A stretch of DNA of 64,000 nucleotides from Candidatus Bathyarchaeota archaeon (GCA_963733095.1 CAVTBV010000009.1:96001-160000); one strand, 5' to 3'. Counted from the first letter of the stretch, positions 1-10,802 are shown. Numbers and translations are program-made. Notes: generated by a model not told the origin, from the sequence alone.

Positions 1-155
1 TTCATTTCGGCGATGGCGGTCTTGCGGAAAGCACTCTCTACGATGGCGCCGTCTGTTCCTGTCACTTGGATGTGCTGCCACATGTATTGAATGCTGACTT
101 GGAGTTCGTGGGCTATGCCCTTGTTTAAAAAATCTAAAAGTTTTTGAGAAGCCAA
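1..155 (-). CDS. Ferritin/bacterioferritin-like protein, 5' part (runs off window)
   Basis: Manual translation from TTG at 155: MASQKLLDFLNKGIAHELQVSIQYMWQHIQVTGTDGAIVESAFRKTAIAEMK; ExxxxxQYxxxH and AxxEMx pattern of ferritin-like diiron proteins. Confidence 0.75.
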   Translation of the reverse strand, partial: MASQKLLDFLNKGIAHELQVSIQYMWQHIQVTGTDGAIVESAFRKTAIAEM

Positions 156-261
156 AATTTATCCCTACAAAAACTAAGTCAACTCAGTATAAATTGATTT
201 CTAAAGATCAAGGACTATATACAAAAGCCATAATAACTTAACCCTGCCAAAAGACCATAGG

Positions 262-738
262 GTGACAATCATGAAAACGTTGTTCGTTTGTTTTTCAAAT
301 CACCATAAGAACACGGAGAAAATCGCTTCAGCCTTGGCAATGACGCTCGACGCCGAAGTTAAAACACCCGCAGAAGTTGACCCAAATACGCTTGGTGGTT
401 ATGACTTTTTAGGGTTAGGTTCAGGTATTTGTTTTGGAAAAAACTACAAAGACCTACTTGATTTTGCCGACAAGTTACCTCAGGTAACTGACAAGAAAGT
501 TTTCATTTTCTCTACGAGTGGTCAAACGGGAAAGACTTCTAAATTCCACCAGAAACTGCGAGAAGAACTCCAATCTAAAGGCTATAGCATAGTTGGAGCG
601 TTTAATTGCGCAGGTTTTGACACTTATGGGGCAATCAAAATTTTTGGCGACGTGCAAAAAGGTCATCCCGACGAAGAGGACTTGAAGCGAGCTGAAGCTT
701 TTGCGTTAAGCCTCAAGCAACCGGTAGACGCATATTGA
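262..738 (+). CDS. Flavodoxin family protein
   Basis: SxHHKNTEKIA loop, YDFLGLGSGI, VFIFSTSG, GHPDEEDL..AEAFA. Confidence 0.85.
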   Translation: MTIMKTLFVCFSNHHKNTEKIASALAMTLDAEVKTPAEVDPNTLGGYDFLGLGSGICFGKNYKDLLDFADKLPQVTDKKVFIFSTSGQTGKTSKFHQKLREELQSKGYSIVGAFNCAGFDTYGAIKIFGDVQKGHPDEEDLKRAEAFALSLKQPVDAY

Positions 739-753
739 TCAAGAGGGATTATA

Positions 754-1311
754 ATGAAAACTCTGCTTGTTTATGGCACCAGATATGGCGCAACTGAAGG
801 CACCTCAGAAGAAATTGCCCAAGTTCTCCACGCGGAAGGCTTTGATGTCAGAGTCGTCAACTTGAAAGAAGAGAAAATTAAAGACATCGCCCAATACGAC
901 CTAATCATCGTGGGCAGCGGTTTACAGATGGGCAAATGGACAGGCGAAGCCGAAGATTTCCTCAAAAGATTCCAAAAAGAGTTACCTCAAAAGAAGCTTG
1001 CCATCTTTGCTTCAACCATGAAATCTGTTGCTCAACGCGAGGGAAAACAAGATGATTTGGCAAAAGAATACAAGATGAGCCTTGAGGATATTGTTGCAAA
1101 ATACGACTTACATCCTGTCGCAGAAGGCTTTTTCGGCGGAATCCTGGACTACAACAAGATGAATTTCATTTTTCGCAGAACCTTGGGTTTTTTAAAGCCA
1201 CAGCTTGAAAAAGATGGCTTCAAACAGACGCTACCTGGCGTTTACGAGTTGCGTGATTGGGAAGAAATCCGCGGATGGGCTAAAGAACTCGCCAATAAAG
1301 TGCGGTTGTAG
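754..1311 (+). CDS. Flavodoxin-domain protein (HemG/flavodoxin_5-like)
   Basis: YGTRYGAT FMN-phosphate loop, YDLIIVGSG, RDWEEIRGWA C-terminus. Confidence 0.85.
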   Translation: MKTLLVYGTRYGATEGTSEEIAQVLHAEGFDVRVVNLKEEKIKDIAQYDLIIVGSGLQMGKWTGEAEDFLKRFQKELPQKKLAIFASTMKSVAQREGKQDDLAKEYKMSLEDIVAKYDLHPVAEGFFGGILDYNKMNFIFRRTLGFLKPQLEKDGFKQTLPGVYELRDWEEIRGWAKELANKVRL

Positions 1312-1400
1312 TTGAGCGCTTTTCCCTTTTCTTGAACGCAGGCCTTTTATGTACAAGCGGTAAATAGGCATTCAAGTGAGGGGAAAATGGTAAAAAAATC

Positions 1401-1946
1401 TTGAAGATAATACTTGCATTGTTTGCAGTGTTGATTATAGTAGGCTTAGGCAGTATTAGCCTAATAATTTTGGATGCTGCCGGCAACCTCGCTACCGGCT
1501 CACAGACGCTTCCAAACGGCGCAGCTATTGGTAAAGCCTTGGTCGTTTATGACCCTGGTTTAAGTGGCAGCGCAAAAGATGTTGCCACAAAAATTGGCTA
1601 CAATTTGCAGTCATCAGGATACCATGTAGTTTTAGCGGGCATAAAAAGTTCAGCGGCAGCTGATACGTCGGGATACAGCGTAATTGTCGTTGGAGGCCCT
1701 ATCTACGTAGGCAAACCCGCGAGCACCGTGCAATCGTACTTAAACAGCTTTCACCCACTAGAGAATGCTATAGTAGGCGTCTTCGGTTACGGCAGCGTAG
1801 AAGTTTACGATGCTAACGCAGTCATGAATGATGTGGCTCCGCTTCCAAGCAACAGCTCATTAACACTCAACGCAGTAATAAAAGTGGTTTCAAGCGATAA
1901 CATGGATGTTAAATGCCAAACATTTGTAACTAACCTGCTGAGTTAA
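1401..1946 (+). CDS. Membrane-anchored flavodoxin-like protein
   Basis: N-terminal hydrophobic helix, ALVVYDPGLSGSA, YSVIVVGGPIYVG. Confidence 0.7.
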   Translation: MKIILALFAVLIIVGLGSISLIILDAAGNLATGSQTLPNGAAIGKALVVYDPGLSGSAKDVATKIGYNLQSSGYHVVLAGIKSSAAADTSGYSVIVVGGPIYVGKPASTVQSYLNSFHPLENAIVGVFGYGSVEVYDANAVMNDVAPLPSNSSLTLNAVIKVVSSDNMDVKCQTFVTNLLS

Positions 1947-2629
1947 ATTTTTATTTCAGCATTCTCATTTTTTATCGCTTCTTCAGTTTTCCTCTTGTTG
2001 CCTCTAATTATTGGGATGATGAATTCCAAAACTACGAGCAATAGGATAAGCCCAACAATCACTGGTAAGCCCCATGCATTATTCCTCAGAAAAAGAGTAA
2101 TCCATCCAAAATATGGGATGCGCATAACAACTTTGCCTATTACCATGTCTTGGGGAACGCCCTGTCCAGTAGTCCAGAGGGTATGAGAATCGTATTCTTG
2201 AGGTGTGACTGGCGTTGGCCATTTGTCGCCGCTGTTACCGTCACCTTTTGTCTGGAAGTATAGTGTGCCGTTGACTTCGTAGGTTGCAACTATACGGTGA
2301 ACGATTGGGGTGGCTGTAGGGTTCGTTGGGTTTTCGTAGACGATGATGTCGCTGTTGGGGTAGTTGGTGTTTAGGTCGGCTGGGTTTATTTTCTGGATGA
2401 TTATGATGTCGCCGATATGCAGGGTGTGGTCAAAGGGGTGGCTCCAGCCGTCACAAGCGCCGTCATAGGGAACGCACATGCTTCCACTTTCTACTACCCT
2501 CACCGGAACTCCGGTGCCTAGAACCAGTTGCAACCCAAAGAAGAAACCTAAAACTATTCCTATGATTATTGCGATAACTATTGCCGACTTGACGTACTCG
2601 TTTTTATGAATTCTTGTAACTATGCTCAA
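1943..2629 (-). CDS. sec11: Archaeal signal peptidase I (S26B), paralog 1
   Basis: VVESGSM catalytic Ser, GDII, IVHRIV catalytic His, TKGDGN; N- and C-terminal TM helices. Confidence 0.92.
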   Translation of the reverse strand: MSIVTRIHKNEYVKSAIVIAIIIGIVLGFFFGLQLVLGTGVPVRVVESGSMCVPYDGACDGWSHPFDHTLHIGDIIIIQKINPADLNTNYPNSDIIVYENPTNPTATPIVHRIVATYEVNGTLYFQTKGDGNSGDKWPTPVTPQEYDSHTLWTTGQGVPQDMVIGKVVMRIPYFGWITLFLRNNAWGLPVIVGLILLLVVLEFIIPIIRGNKRKTEEAIKNENAEIKI

Positions 2630-2750
2630 TGTCTTGCCTTCGCCTGATAGTTCTTATAGAGAAAAGAAAACACCATTAATAAACCACTTCTATCCTATAT
2701 TGCGAAAAAACTAGTCCTAACAAGCGTTAACCGAACCATTGCATAATTTC

Positions 2751-3455
2751 TTATGCATTCATATTTTCTGTTTCTGTCTCGGTAGTGGCATCTTTTTTTT
2801 CTCTAAGCAGGGGAATAACGAACTCAACAACCACCAACAAGAGTATGAGTACGATAACTAGTGGTAGACCCCACGAGTTTTCTCTCAAAAACAAGGTGAT
2901 CCAGCCAAACCAAGGAATACGCAGAATTACTTTTCCTTCGACAAGGTTCTGAGGAACCCCTTGTCCACCACTGTAGATGGTGTTTGAATCGTACATTGAA
3001 GGCGGTGGTATGGCGGGCCATTTTTGTTCGTTTCCGTCTCCTTTGGTTTGAAAGTACAGAGTGCCGTTGATGTTGTTGACGGCAACTATGCGGTGGACTA
3101 TGGGTGTATTGGCGGGGCTATTGGGGTTCTGGTAGACTATGATGTCGCTGTTAGGATAGTTTGTGTTCAGGTCTTTTGGGTCAACTTTTTGGATAATTAT
3201 TATGTCGCCTGTGTCGAGGGTTCGGTCAAAGGGGTGCTCTAAGGTTAGTAAGAATTCGTTCAAAGAGTAGGGGGGTCCAGTTATGAAATTAAGGGGAAGA
3301 CTCATGCTGCCGCTTTCTACAACCCTGACTGGAACTGCTGTGCCAAGAGCCAACTCTAAACCGAAGAAAAGCCCTAAAACCACTGCAATAACTATCCCGA
3401 TAACTACTGCCTGTTTGAAGTATTGGTTTCGCCGAATTCTTGTAACTATGCTCAA
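2751..3455 (-). CDS. sec11: Archaeal signal peptidase I (S26B), paralog 2
   Basis: Same motifs (VVESGSM, IVHRIV, TKGDGN); clearly similar to 1943-2629. Confidence 0.92.
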   Translation of the reverse strand: MSIVTRIRRNQYFKQAVVIGIVIAVVLGLFFGLELALGTAVPVRVVESGSMSLPLNFITGPPYSLNEFLLTLEHPFDRTLDTGDIIIIQKVDPKDLNTNYPNSDIIVYQNPNSPANTPIVHRIVAVNNINGTLYFQTKGDGNEQKWPAIPPPSMYDSNTIYSGGQGVPQNLVEGKVILRIPWFGWITLFLRENSWGLPLVIVLILLLVVVEFVIPLLREKKDATTETETENMNA

Positions 3456-3575
3456 TGTATTGCCTTCAGCAGTTTACCTCTTAAAGAGAATAAAAATACC
3501 ATTAATAAACTGCATTTCTTTTTTCTATACAGTAATAATGAAATAGGTCGCATCTGAATTTTCTTTTGGTGGGTT

Positions 3576-4772
3576 ATGCTTAGATCTAAATGGACCTCAA
3601 GGGCCTTCTTTCTTGTCCTATGCATAATGGGTTTGTTTGCGATTCTAAGCTCAACCATGTCAAAAACCCCGGTTCTAAAACCCTTCGCTACAAGCCTTGG
3701 AACCCCCGATGACCTGCTGGGAATAGTGGCTTCCGCATCAACCATCCCCGGCATACTAATCAGTTTACCCGCGGCCTCCCTTTCCGACATCTTTGGCAGA
3801 CGCAAGCTTCTTTTGTTTGCAGCTTTCGTTTTTGCCTCCGCTCCCTTCCTCTATTTAGGGGTTAATTCATGGTGGACGTTGGCGCTGGTTCGTTTCTACC
3901 ATGGCTTCGCAACAGCAATCTTTGTGCCTGTGGCTGAAGCCTCGATTGCAACGTTGTTTCCGACTAAACGTGGGGAACGTATTTCACTTTTTAATTCTGC
4001 CACCGCCCTTGGCAGAGCGTTGGCGCCGTTCTTAGGCGGTTACATACTTTTTGCAACAAACCAGAGTTTTTTCACCCTCTACGTTTCAGTCGGCATCGCC
4101 GGTGTAACAGCCTTTGTCATTGCATTGCTTTTCTTGGTTGAGAAGAGCGCTTTCACGACAGAGTCCGTGAATCTGGAAAAGTCGCCAAGAAAAATGTTTA
4201 GCGGATGGCTAACTATTATCAAAAACTCTAGCGTTTTAGGGGTTAGCTTCGTTCAAGCAGTGCAATACTATGTTTTTGGGTCAGTTGAGTTCTTCCTAGT
4301 TGGGTACCTTACCGATGTAGTGAAGTTGGATATTTTTTCTGTGGGAGTTATCACAGGCAGCGAGATAGTTGCGCTTGTTATTGCGCGTCCGTTGATTGGG
4401 CGAATCTCAGATAGGATGGGGCGAACAAAACCCATCGTTGCAGGTGTGGTTGCCAGTTGCGTTTTGGTTGCAGTAATCCCGTTCACAACACAGTTTCCCT
4501 TGCTGCTCTTGTTGGCGGTTGGTTATGGGGTTTCCTTTGCCACCGTGCTTTCGTCAACTTCGCCCATGGTTTGCGACCTAGTTCCTGCCACTTTGGTGGG
4601 TGCTTCTATGGGTTTCCTCTCAACCGTAATGGATATTGGTCAAACGCTTGGACCTATAGTCAGCGGAGTAATCTTCGCAACTAACCTTCGTTATACAGGC
4701 ATGTTTCTTTCCCTTAGCATCCTGCTGATAATTTCAAGCGGTATCTTTCTGTTGTCTAAGAAGAATAGCTAA
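3576..4772 (+). CDS. MFS transporter
   Basis: About 12 TM helices; LSDIFGRRK and ISDRMGRTK motif A. Confidence 0.92.
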   Translation: MLRSKWTSRAFFLVLCIMGLFAILSSTMSKTPVLKPFATSLGTPDDLLGIVASASTIPGILISLPAASLSDIFGRRKLLLFAAFVFASAPFLYLGVNSWWTLALVRFYHGFATAIFVPVAEASIATLFPTKRGERISLFNSATALGRALAPFLGGYILFATNQSFFTLYVSVGIAGVTAFVIALLFLVEKSAFTTESVNLEKSPRKMFSGWLTIIKNSSVLGVSFVQAVQYYVFGSVEFFLVGYLTDVVKLDIFSVGVITGSEIVALVIARPLIGRISDRMGRTKPIVAGVVASCVLVAVIPFTTQFPLLLLLAVGYGVSFATVLSSTSPMVCDLVPATLVGASMGFLSTVMDIGQTLGPIVSGVIFATNLRYTGMFLSLSILLIISSGIFLLSKKNS

Positions 4773-4786
4773 AAAACTAAATTTTC

Positions 4787-5452
4787 TCAGAATTGTTTGC
4801 TTTCGAACAAAATGAGTGCCCCTGCAAGAAGACTGACGGTAACTGCCGCTGCTAAACCGACGGTGAACAGGTTTGCGTCAGGTAGGTTAAGCAGAGTGGG
4901 AAAGAGGGGGATGACGGAGATTTGGTTTCCTCCGTAAATGACAAGTATTGCTCCGACGAGGACTGATGGTGAGGCGACGCCGATTAGTACTCCTGCTGAG
5001 CATGCGACAGCAACCATTGACAGGCTTATGGCTAAGGATTGGGCGGTGTCGTTGAAGACTGTTGCTGGAAGGGCACCTGAAGTAAAGAAATCTGCGGCTA
5101 CACCGACAAGGACAGCTATTAAACTTGCAACCGCAACACAAGAGTAAACTGAGAGAAATTTTGCGAGCATTAAGTCTCTGCGTTTTAGGGGTCTTATCAA
5201 GAACAACTCGTAAACATGCCTGTTCTTCTCGTTAATTATCGAGACTGTAAGCATGACTGCGGCTAGGGTTCCGGCGAGACTGGAAACCAAAAGCGCCGAG
5301 ATAACTGTGAAAGATATTGCCTGTCCAGTTGTGCTGACTTGGATGAAGCGGAACAAGAGGGCAATGACTGGTAAGCCTATCCAAAGGAAAAGCATCACCT
5401 TGGACTTGTAGAAGCCCCGCAACTCGTCAACGTAGAGCAGACTCAGTTTCAT
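4787..5452 (-). CDS. ABC-2 type permease
   Basis: Hydrophobic; EKNRHVYELFLIRPLKRRDLMLAKF; overlaps the ATPase gene. Confidence 0.8.
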   Translation of the reverse strand: MKLSLLYVDELRGFYKSKVMLFLWIGLPVIALLFRFIQVSTTGQAISFTVISALLVSSLAGTLAAVMLTVSIINEKNRHVYELFLIRPLKRRDLMLAKFLSVYSCVAVASLIAVLVGVAADFFTSGALPATVFNDTAQSLAISLSMVAVACSAGVLIGVASPSVLVGAILVIYGGNQISVIPLFPTLLNLPDANLFTVGLAAAVTVSLLAGALILFESKQF

Positions 5453-6411
5453 GCTTTCTCCTCCTTCTGAACGTAGTTAAGGTAAATTTCATCCAGCGAT
5501 GGCGACAGCATTGCTATTCTTCGGATGCGAATGCCCAATTTTACTATATTTGCCACTATGTCGTTGATTACTTGTTCCTCGTCTGTATCTTCAGAAAGAT
5601 AAACTAAAACTCTGCCCGGCGATGGCTGCTCAACCTTGCTGACATTCGCGATGGAGCTGAATTTTTGCCACTTGTCACTGACGTAGGAGAGGAGGACTTC
5701 GACGGTTTTTTGTTTGGATAGCTGAGATTTCAGCTCATTCATGGAGCCGACCATCTTGATTTTTCCTCGGCTGAGGATTCCGATTCGGTTGGCTACATCT
5801 TGGACATCGCTTAGGATGTGTGAGGAAAACAGGATGGTGGTGCCGTTCTTTGCGAGTTTTAGGACGATTTCTTTGAGTTGGTAACGGCTAAGTGGGTCGA
5901 GTCCGCCTAAGGGTTCATCCATAACCAACAGTTTTGGGTCATGAAGTAGCGCCTGTGCTAAACCCACTTTTTGGGTCATGCCGCCGGATAGCTGGGAAAT
6001 CTTTTTGTGACGAACCTCGCTCAACGACATCAATTCGAGGATTTTTGGTATGCGTTCCTCTACTTGTGCGTCGGTGATTCCTGAAAGTTTCCCGAACGTT
6101 TTTAGTGCATGATTAACCGTGCGCCACTCTTGGAACGCAACGTTTTGGGGAAGGTAACCAAGTAACTGGTGAGCTTCAAATTTCTGTTTAGGCACTTTGT
6201 ACCCGCCAATTTGGACTTCTCCCTGAAAATCGTTAATTAACCCAACCAAAATTTTCAGCGTAGTGGTTTTTCCTGCCCCGTTGGGACCGATGTACCCGAA
6301 GATTTCCCCTTCTTTAATGTCGAAAGATACGTTGTCTAGTGCTCGGAAGGTACCGTATTTTTTGGTTACCTCGCGAAGCACGACGCATGAGTTGAGGGAA
6401 TCCTGAGCCAT
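5449..6411 (-). CDS. ABC transporter ATP-binding protein
   Basis: GPNGAGKTT, LSGGM, LLVMDEP, SSH; start chosen at MAQDS (6411). Confidence 0.93.
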   Translation of the reverse strand: MAQDSLNSCVVLREVTKKYGTFRALDNVSFDIKEGEIFGYIGPNGAGKTTTLKILVGLINDFQGEVQIGGYKVPKQKFEAHQLLGYLPQNVAFQEWRTVNHALKTFGKLSGITDAQVEERIPKILELMSLSEVRHKKISQLSGGMTQKVGLAQALLHDPKLLVMDEPLGGLDPLSRYQLKEIVLKLAKNGTTILFSSHILSDVQDVANRIGILSRGKIKMVGSMNELKSQLSKQKTVEVLLSYVSDKWQKFSSIANVSKVEQPSPGRVLVYLSEDTDEEQVINDIVANIVKLGIRIRRIAMLSPSLDEIYLNYVQKEEKA

Positions 6412-6526
6412 TTCTTTACCAACCGCTATATTCAGATTATTTGGCGTTTTCCCTTTTATGTTCTTCGAATTGGTTTTGTGTAAAAATCCTTCGACCAAGC
6501 GGCTCCAACATCAAACTGATGTTCTT

Positions 6527-7855
6527 CTAAGTCCAGCCGATACTTTTCTTAAGTCCTCTAACTACGAAAGGAAACCCTAAGCTGAGCACCACTAAAACCA
6601 ACGCGGCATAATGGAACGCTTGAAAATAGGCTTCTATCGGTGCAGAAAACACGTTAAACGGGTAGTAAGTTACCGAATCCACGCCAAATGAAACAAACTT
6701 TAGCCATTTAATCAGGAATAGTGTACTTTCAAGCAGGGACGCAAACACCAAAACTGCTCCAAGCCCAACGAGAAATGGCTTAACGAAATGGTTCTTCCCT
6801 TTTCGATCTATCGACGCAATTAGCAAGCCGCCTTTATCCGCCAATGACGCTGCGAGTAAACAGAAAAACGGCAATGAAACATAGCTGTACTTGATAACGC
6901 TAACGTATGGCACAATTAGGTGGAATCCTAAAACCAAGAGTGTATTCAACCCTGCTACAACGGCGATGGTGGCTATGCAGAGGGCATCCCAGCGTAGAGT
7001 TTTTGCAAGGAGCCTTCTAAATGCAAGTGATAGCGCTAAAGAGAAGATTGCTGCCAAAAACAAAAACCACCCGGCGCTTTTAACCAGGACTGTGGGCCAA
7101 AACAGTGGGAAAGGGTTAGCTACTAGAACTGGATGTGTAAAGTCGGTACTAAAGTAAACTCCCAGAAAATTCTGGTTAGCAAAGCCTCCAAACCAAACCG
7201 CCTGCAAAATTAAGGTTGGGGCGAGAAAAATCAGTAAATCGCTCAGTTTGGGTTTTAGCAGTGTGTGCTTTTTCTCGAAAAAGATCATCACAAAAAGAGG
7301 AACCAGCATGAACACGGCGAACAACTTTGTCATCAGCGCTACAGCAAAAAAGACTCCTGCAACAGCCAGCAACTTTTGAGAATTTCTGCGAACAGCCAAA
7401 ATACCCGCAACCAAGAATAGCAAGCCGAAAAATAAGCTTTGGTTGTCTATGAGGAAGATTCTTGAGATGTAAACGTGCCAGGGAACGATGCCAAAGAGCG
7501 CTGCTGCCACAAGTCCTGTCCGTTTTCCATACAGTGCGCAGCCCAAAGCGTAGACGAGCATGACGCAGCCGAGTCCAAAAGCAGTTGCGATTCCTACCCC
7601 GTTTAGGTAGGATAAGCCGAATGCGTGGAATATGGGTGCATCCATGTAGAAGCCCATGGGCGGCTGGTTAATCATGAGTCCCGTTGTCACGAATGGAAAC
7701 CCACGTGTTACCACGTTTGAGGCAGCTTCAAACTCGAGTTGGGCGTCCCAGTTGGTGTAGGTGCCTGTGGAGGCTGCAACGAGGAAAGCGCCCAGTAAGA
7801 CTCCGACTAGTTGGTAGTGCGCGCCTACGAGCGCTCTAAAACTTTTCCAATCCAA
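6527..7855 (-). CDS. GT-C fold glycosyltransferase (GT39/ArnT/PMT-like)
   Basis: Polytopic; NWDAQLE, NQPPMG, SRIFLID, ALMTKL motifs. Confidence 0.8.
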   Translation of the reverse strand: MDWKSFRALVGAHYQLVGVLLGAFLVAASTGTYTNWDAQLEFEAASNVVTRGFPFVTTGLMINQPPMGFYMDAPIFHAFGLSYLNGVGIATAFGLGCVMLVYALGCALYGKRTGLVAAALFGIVPWHVYISRIFLIDNQSLFFGLLFLVAGILAVRRNSQKLLAVAGVFFAVALMTKLFAVFMLVPLFVMIFFEKKHTLLKPKLSDLLIFLAPTLILQAVWFGGFANQNFLGVYFSTDFTHPVLVANPFPLFWPTVLVKSAGWFLFLAAIFSLALSLAFRRLLAKTLRWDALCIATIAVVAGLNTLLVLGFHLIVPYVSVIKYSYVSLPFFCLLAASLADKGGLLIASIDRKGKNHFVKPFLVGLGAVLVFASLLESTLFLIKWLKFVSFGVDSVTYYPFNVFSAPIEAYFQAFHYAALVLVVLSLGFPFVVRGLKKSIGWT

Positions 7856-8302
7856 TCAAAGGTTCCCAGCATAGCATACTCTGACGCTGGCATTATAAAA
7901 TTTCCCAATCGCCCCCTCAAACATGTTTTCCGCGTGGCTATTTGCGTTCATAGAAGCCGTAAATCATAAATCTAAAAATCCCTGATTTGGCATCGGGAAA
8001 GATCGATGGCTCAAACAAGAACGGGCAGACCTGCAGTGATTTATGCGATCGTAGTTTGGATGGCGCTTAGCATAGTGAAAACTTGGTAAGAAACGAGAAT
8101 TGGTCAATGGTCAGGGTTCTTCCGATTAGCTTGTTCGCAAGGCTCCTTTTTTGAAGGCAATGTCTTCAACTGACTTAGTATAAGGTAAGTCTGACAGTAT
8201 TTTATTTTTTGTATTTTTATGTTCTAACCATTACCATTAGCTCAAACATGAAAAGGCTTTTTCCCTCTATGGCCCCAGGTTTTGGAGAGCCTTGATAAGC
8301 GA

Positions 8303-8593
8303 CTAATTTGCATTTGGCAGTTTCATTTTGCTTGCTGCAATTAGAACCTGCTCTGTTAAAGACTTCTCAAAAAAGTCAAGCCTATCTGAATCTTTGCATG
8401 TTTGCTTGTGTTTAGCTACATGATTTTTAATGGCCTTGTTCATAGCTTTCAAATCAGGGACTACCAAAATTCTTGTGCCGCATACGCATCTGACTGTGGG
8501 CATCCCTTTTTGATTTTTGGTGGGTTTGCTCTTGCGGTCTTGCCCTGAGGAGAAGTTAATTTCTTGGTAGTCTTTCTTTGTCATTCCCACCAA
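8303..8593 (-). CDS. Small hypothetical protein, possible Zn-binding
   Basis: CxCG...ILVVPDLKAM..AI.NHVAKH. Confidence 0.65.
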   Translation of the reverse strand: MVGMTKKDYQEINFSSGQDRKSKPTKNQKGMPTVRCVCGTRILVVPDLKAMNKAIKNHVAKHKQTCKDSDRLDFFEKSLTEQVLIAASKMKLPNAN

Positions 8594-8994
8594 CTCTTTT
8601 CAAGAGATTCTATATTGGTTTTAAATTTATATTAAAAGTTGTGATAGGCATAATACAATCACAAGTTAACAATTCTTTTTTTAGTTGTAGTTTTGGATTC
8701 ATTTTTGATTGTTGACAAGAGTTTTTAGCAACAAAAGGCTTGATTTCTTGAATCAAACAACCGATGAGTAGCTTCATTTTGCAAATTGGTCCTGCTCAGA
8801 GATACAAACACAACGGACTCATAGAGACGGCGCAGACAGACAATTTGTTTAAATGATACAGCTTAGAATTTTGTGATTTAATTGCCGATTGACTGGAAAC
8901 CAACAACGAGAAATACCAAAAGCTTATAACAAAAACGGCATATTTTTGCAGTTGAAAGACCACTCGCGAAATTGGAACAAACTGAGGTACGCCG

Positions 8995-9255
8995 GTGCGA
9001 CGATCAAAACTAGAAATATATGTTGATATCCTTAAGGCGTTAGCGCATACGGGACCGTTAAAGCTGACACACATAATAAACAAAGCCAATGTCAATGGTG
9101 TCGTTCTAACGGATTATTTGAACTTTCTAATTGAAAAAGGATTGGTAGTGGAACGAACTACTAAAAATCGGGGCACCGTTTTCGCAGTCACGCAACGTGG
9201 TGTAAATTTGCTAAAGATTTTCCGAGAAGTCACTCAAGTGCTAACTGCCCCATAA
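8995..9255 (+). CDS. Archaeal winged helix-turn-helix regulator
   Basis: RRSKLEIYVDIL...LKLTHIINKANVN...YLNFLIEKGLV...TQRG. Confidence 0.85.
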   Translation: MRRSKLEIYVDILKALAHTGPLKLTHIINKANVNGVVLTDYLNFLIEKGLVVERTTKNRGTVFAVTQRGVNLLKIFREVTQVLTAP

Positions 9256-9780
9256 GAAGCCCGAATCTACATAATGAGCGCTTTGTAGCTAAAAATTTCC
9301 CTAATGTCGGGAAGGCATTTTCCTATGGAGCTTTTTTGGAATTTGCCCAGGCATCTACCAACAATTCTTGCGGAGGCGCCACAAACTCGATAAGTTTAGC
9401 ATGCCTTTTCTTTTTTCGCGAGAACTCTTTGAGATCATGAGCTTGAAAATTTGGAAGGTTACACATGGTTCATCAATAAACTATCCGCAATTTCGGTTCT
9501 TATAATTATGTGCGTGTAGCCAAACAACAACAAACTATCTACTCAAGGTAAGTGAACAGTCATACTCCGATTATTTATTCTCCAAGTCCAGTTTCGAAGA
9601 TGCGGCGGATTTGGTGTTATGATTGCCGTGTGGTTCAGATGCAGTTTAAACAAACAAATGGCAGTGGGCATAAGCGCGCTTCTCGCATCAATATAGATTA
9701 ACTATCGCTTTCCTAAAAAATAATGACGGAATTAAATTGCCCAAAACTAATTGAAATTGTTAAGGCTTGATTTTTTTGGT

Positions 9781-9815
9781 TCAACACAATGCGAGGCTGA
9801 TATGCGCCCCTCTTT
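9781..9815 (+). repeat. 35-bp direct repeat, copy 1 (34/35 identical to 20698-20732)
   Basis: tcaacacaatgcgaggctgatatgcgcccctcttt, followed by cgtcggca as in copy 2. Confidence 0.9.
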
Positions 9816-9916
9816 CGTCGGCATCGATTATAAAATACGCGCGCATGAATATTTACCCGCATCTATTTATTTTTACACTGGAAAAAAAGTGTAGACCTCA
9901 AGTTTTCAGCAGGTCA

Positions 9917-10252
9917 TTATTTGTAATGGGTTAAAGCTACAATTAGCCCAATTATTGCGCCAAGTAAAACCAGCAAGCCGCCCAGTCCACCGCCGATGAA
10001 TCCCACAATTAACAGCACTATAGCCCAGACAAGAGTAGTGACGCTTTTTGCACCAATTACCGCTATGACGCCGCAGATTAACATTACAATTCCACTGTAC
10101 CCAAAAGAGTAGACACTCCAATAGAAGAATGATGGTCCTCCGAATCCTATTGAAAGTAAACTCAGCAGCCCAAAGATTACCAAAAGAATGCCACCGACAA
10201 GCGCTAAGATATAAGCCACTTGCCCTAAAGAAGTTCGAGCCATTTTATCCAT
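9917..10252 (-). CDS. Small Gly-rich membrane protein
   Basis: About 4 hydrophobic segments. Confidence 0.7.
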   Translation of the reverse strand: MDKMARTSLGQVAYILALVGGILLVIFGLLSLLSIGFGGPSFFYWSVYSFGYSGIVMLICGVIAVIGAKSVTTLVWAIVLLIVGFIGGGLGGLLVLLGAIIGLIVALTHYK

Positions 10253-10475
10253 TCACCTCCTACCTGGATTACTTGTTGAGTGCAGTCAAAAGAGTCGGTT
10301 GTTTTGCCTTTCTTCTTTTTTTGCAGTGCCACTTTTTTGTAGGCTTCCGATATAAAATTAACACATGAAATAATCTCAAACCTCCGTCATTTTCTTATTA
10401 CCGCGAATTCTAGTGTTTATCTCACCTGCACTCAATGATTTCCAGTAGTTTCCTAAAGAAAAGAAAGTTTTTTGC

Positions 10476-10802
10476 TTATGATAATACGAAGCCGATAACA
10501 AAACCAACAACGAGCCCTAATCCTAGCGGCAGCATACCCATGAGAAGTACTCCATATTGTATTGCTATGGGACCGTATGTGTCTGCAATGCCTTTTAAGG
10601 CGCCAAGACTTAAACCGAAAAATCCAAAGTAAGCAACTACGACCAGTATAATGGCCGCTATAATCGCGATCTTCAGCATCTTGTGTACTAGATAGCCCAC
10701 GATAAGTCCGATAACAAATGGAATAATCATCAAAATTAATGGTGGAATACCGCCGATGCTTCCAGAGGTAATAAAATTAATAACTTGATCTATTGCACCC
10801 AA
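10476..10802 (-). CDS. Small membrane protein (FUN14-like)
   Basis: FVIGLIVGYLVHKMLKIAII...YFG...GLVVGFVIG. Confidence 0.65.
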   Translation of the reverse strand: MGAIDQVINFITSGSIGGIPPLILMIIPFVIGLIVGYLVHKMLKIAIIAAIILVVVAYFGFFGLSLGALKGIADTYGPIAIQYGVLLMGMLPLGLGLVVGFVIGFVLS

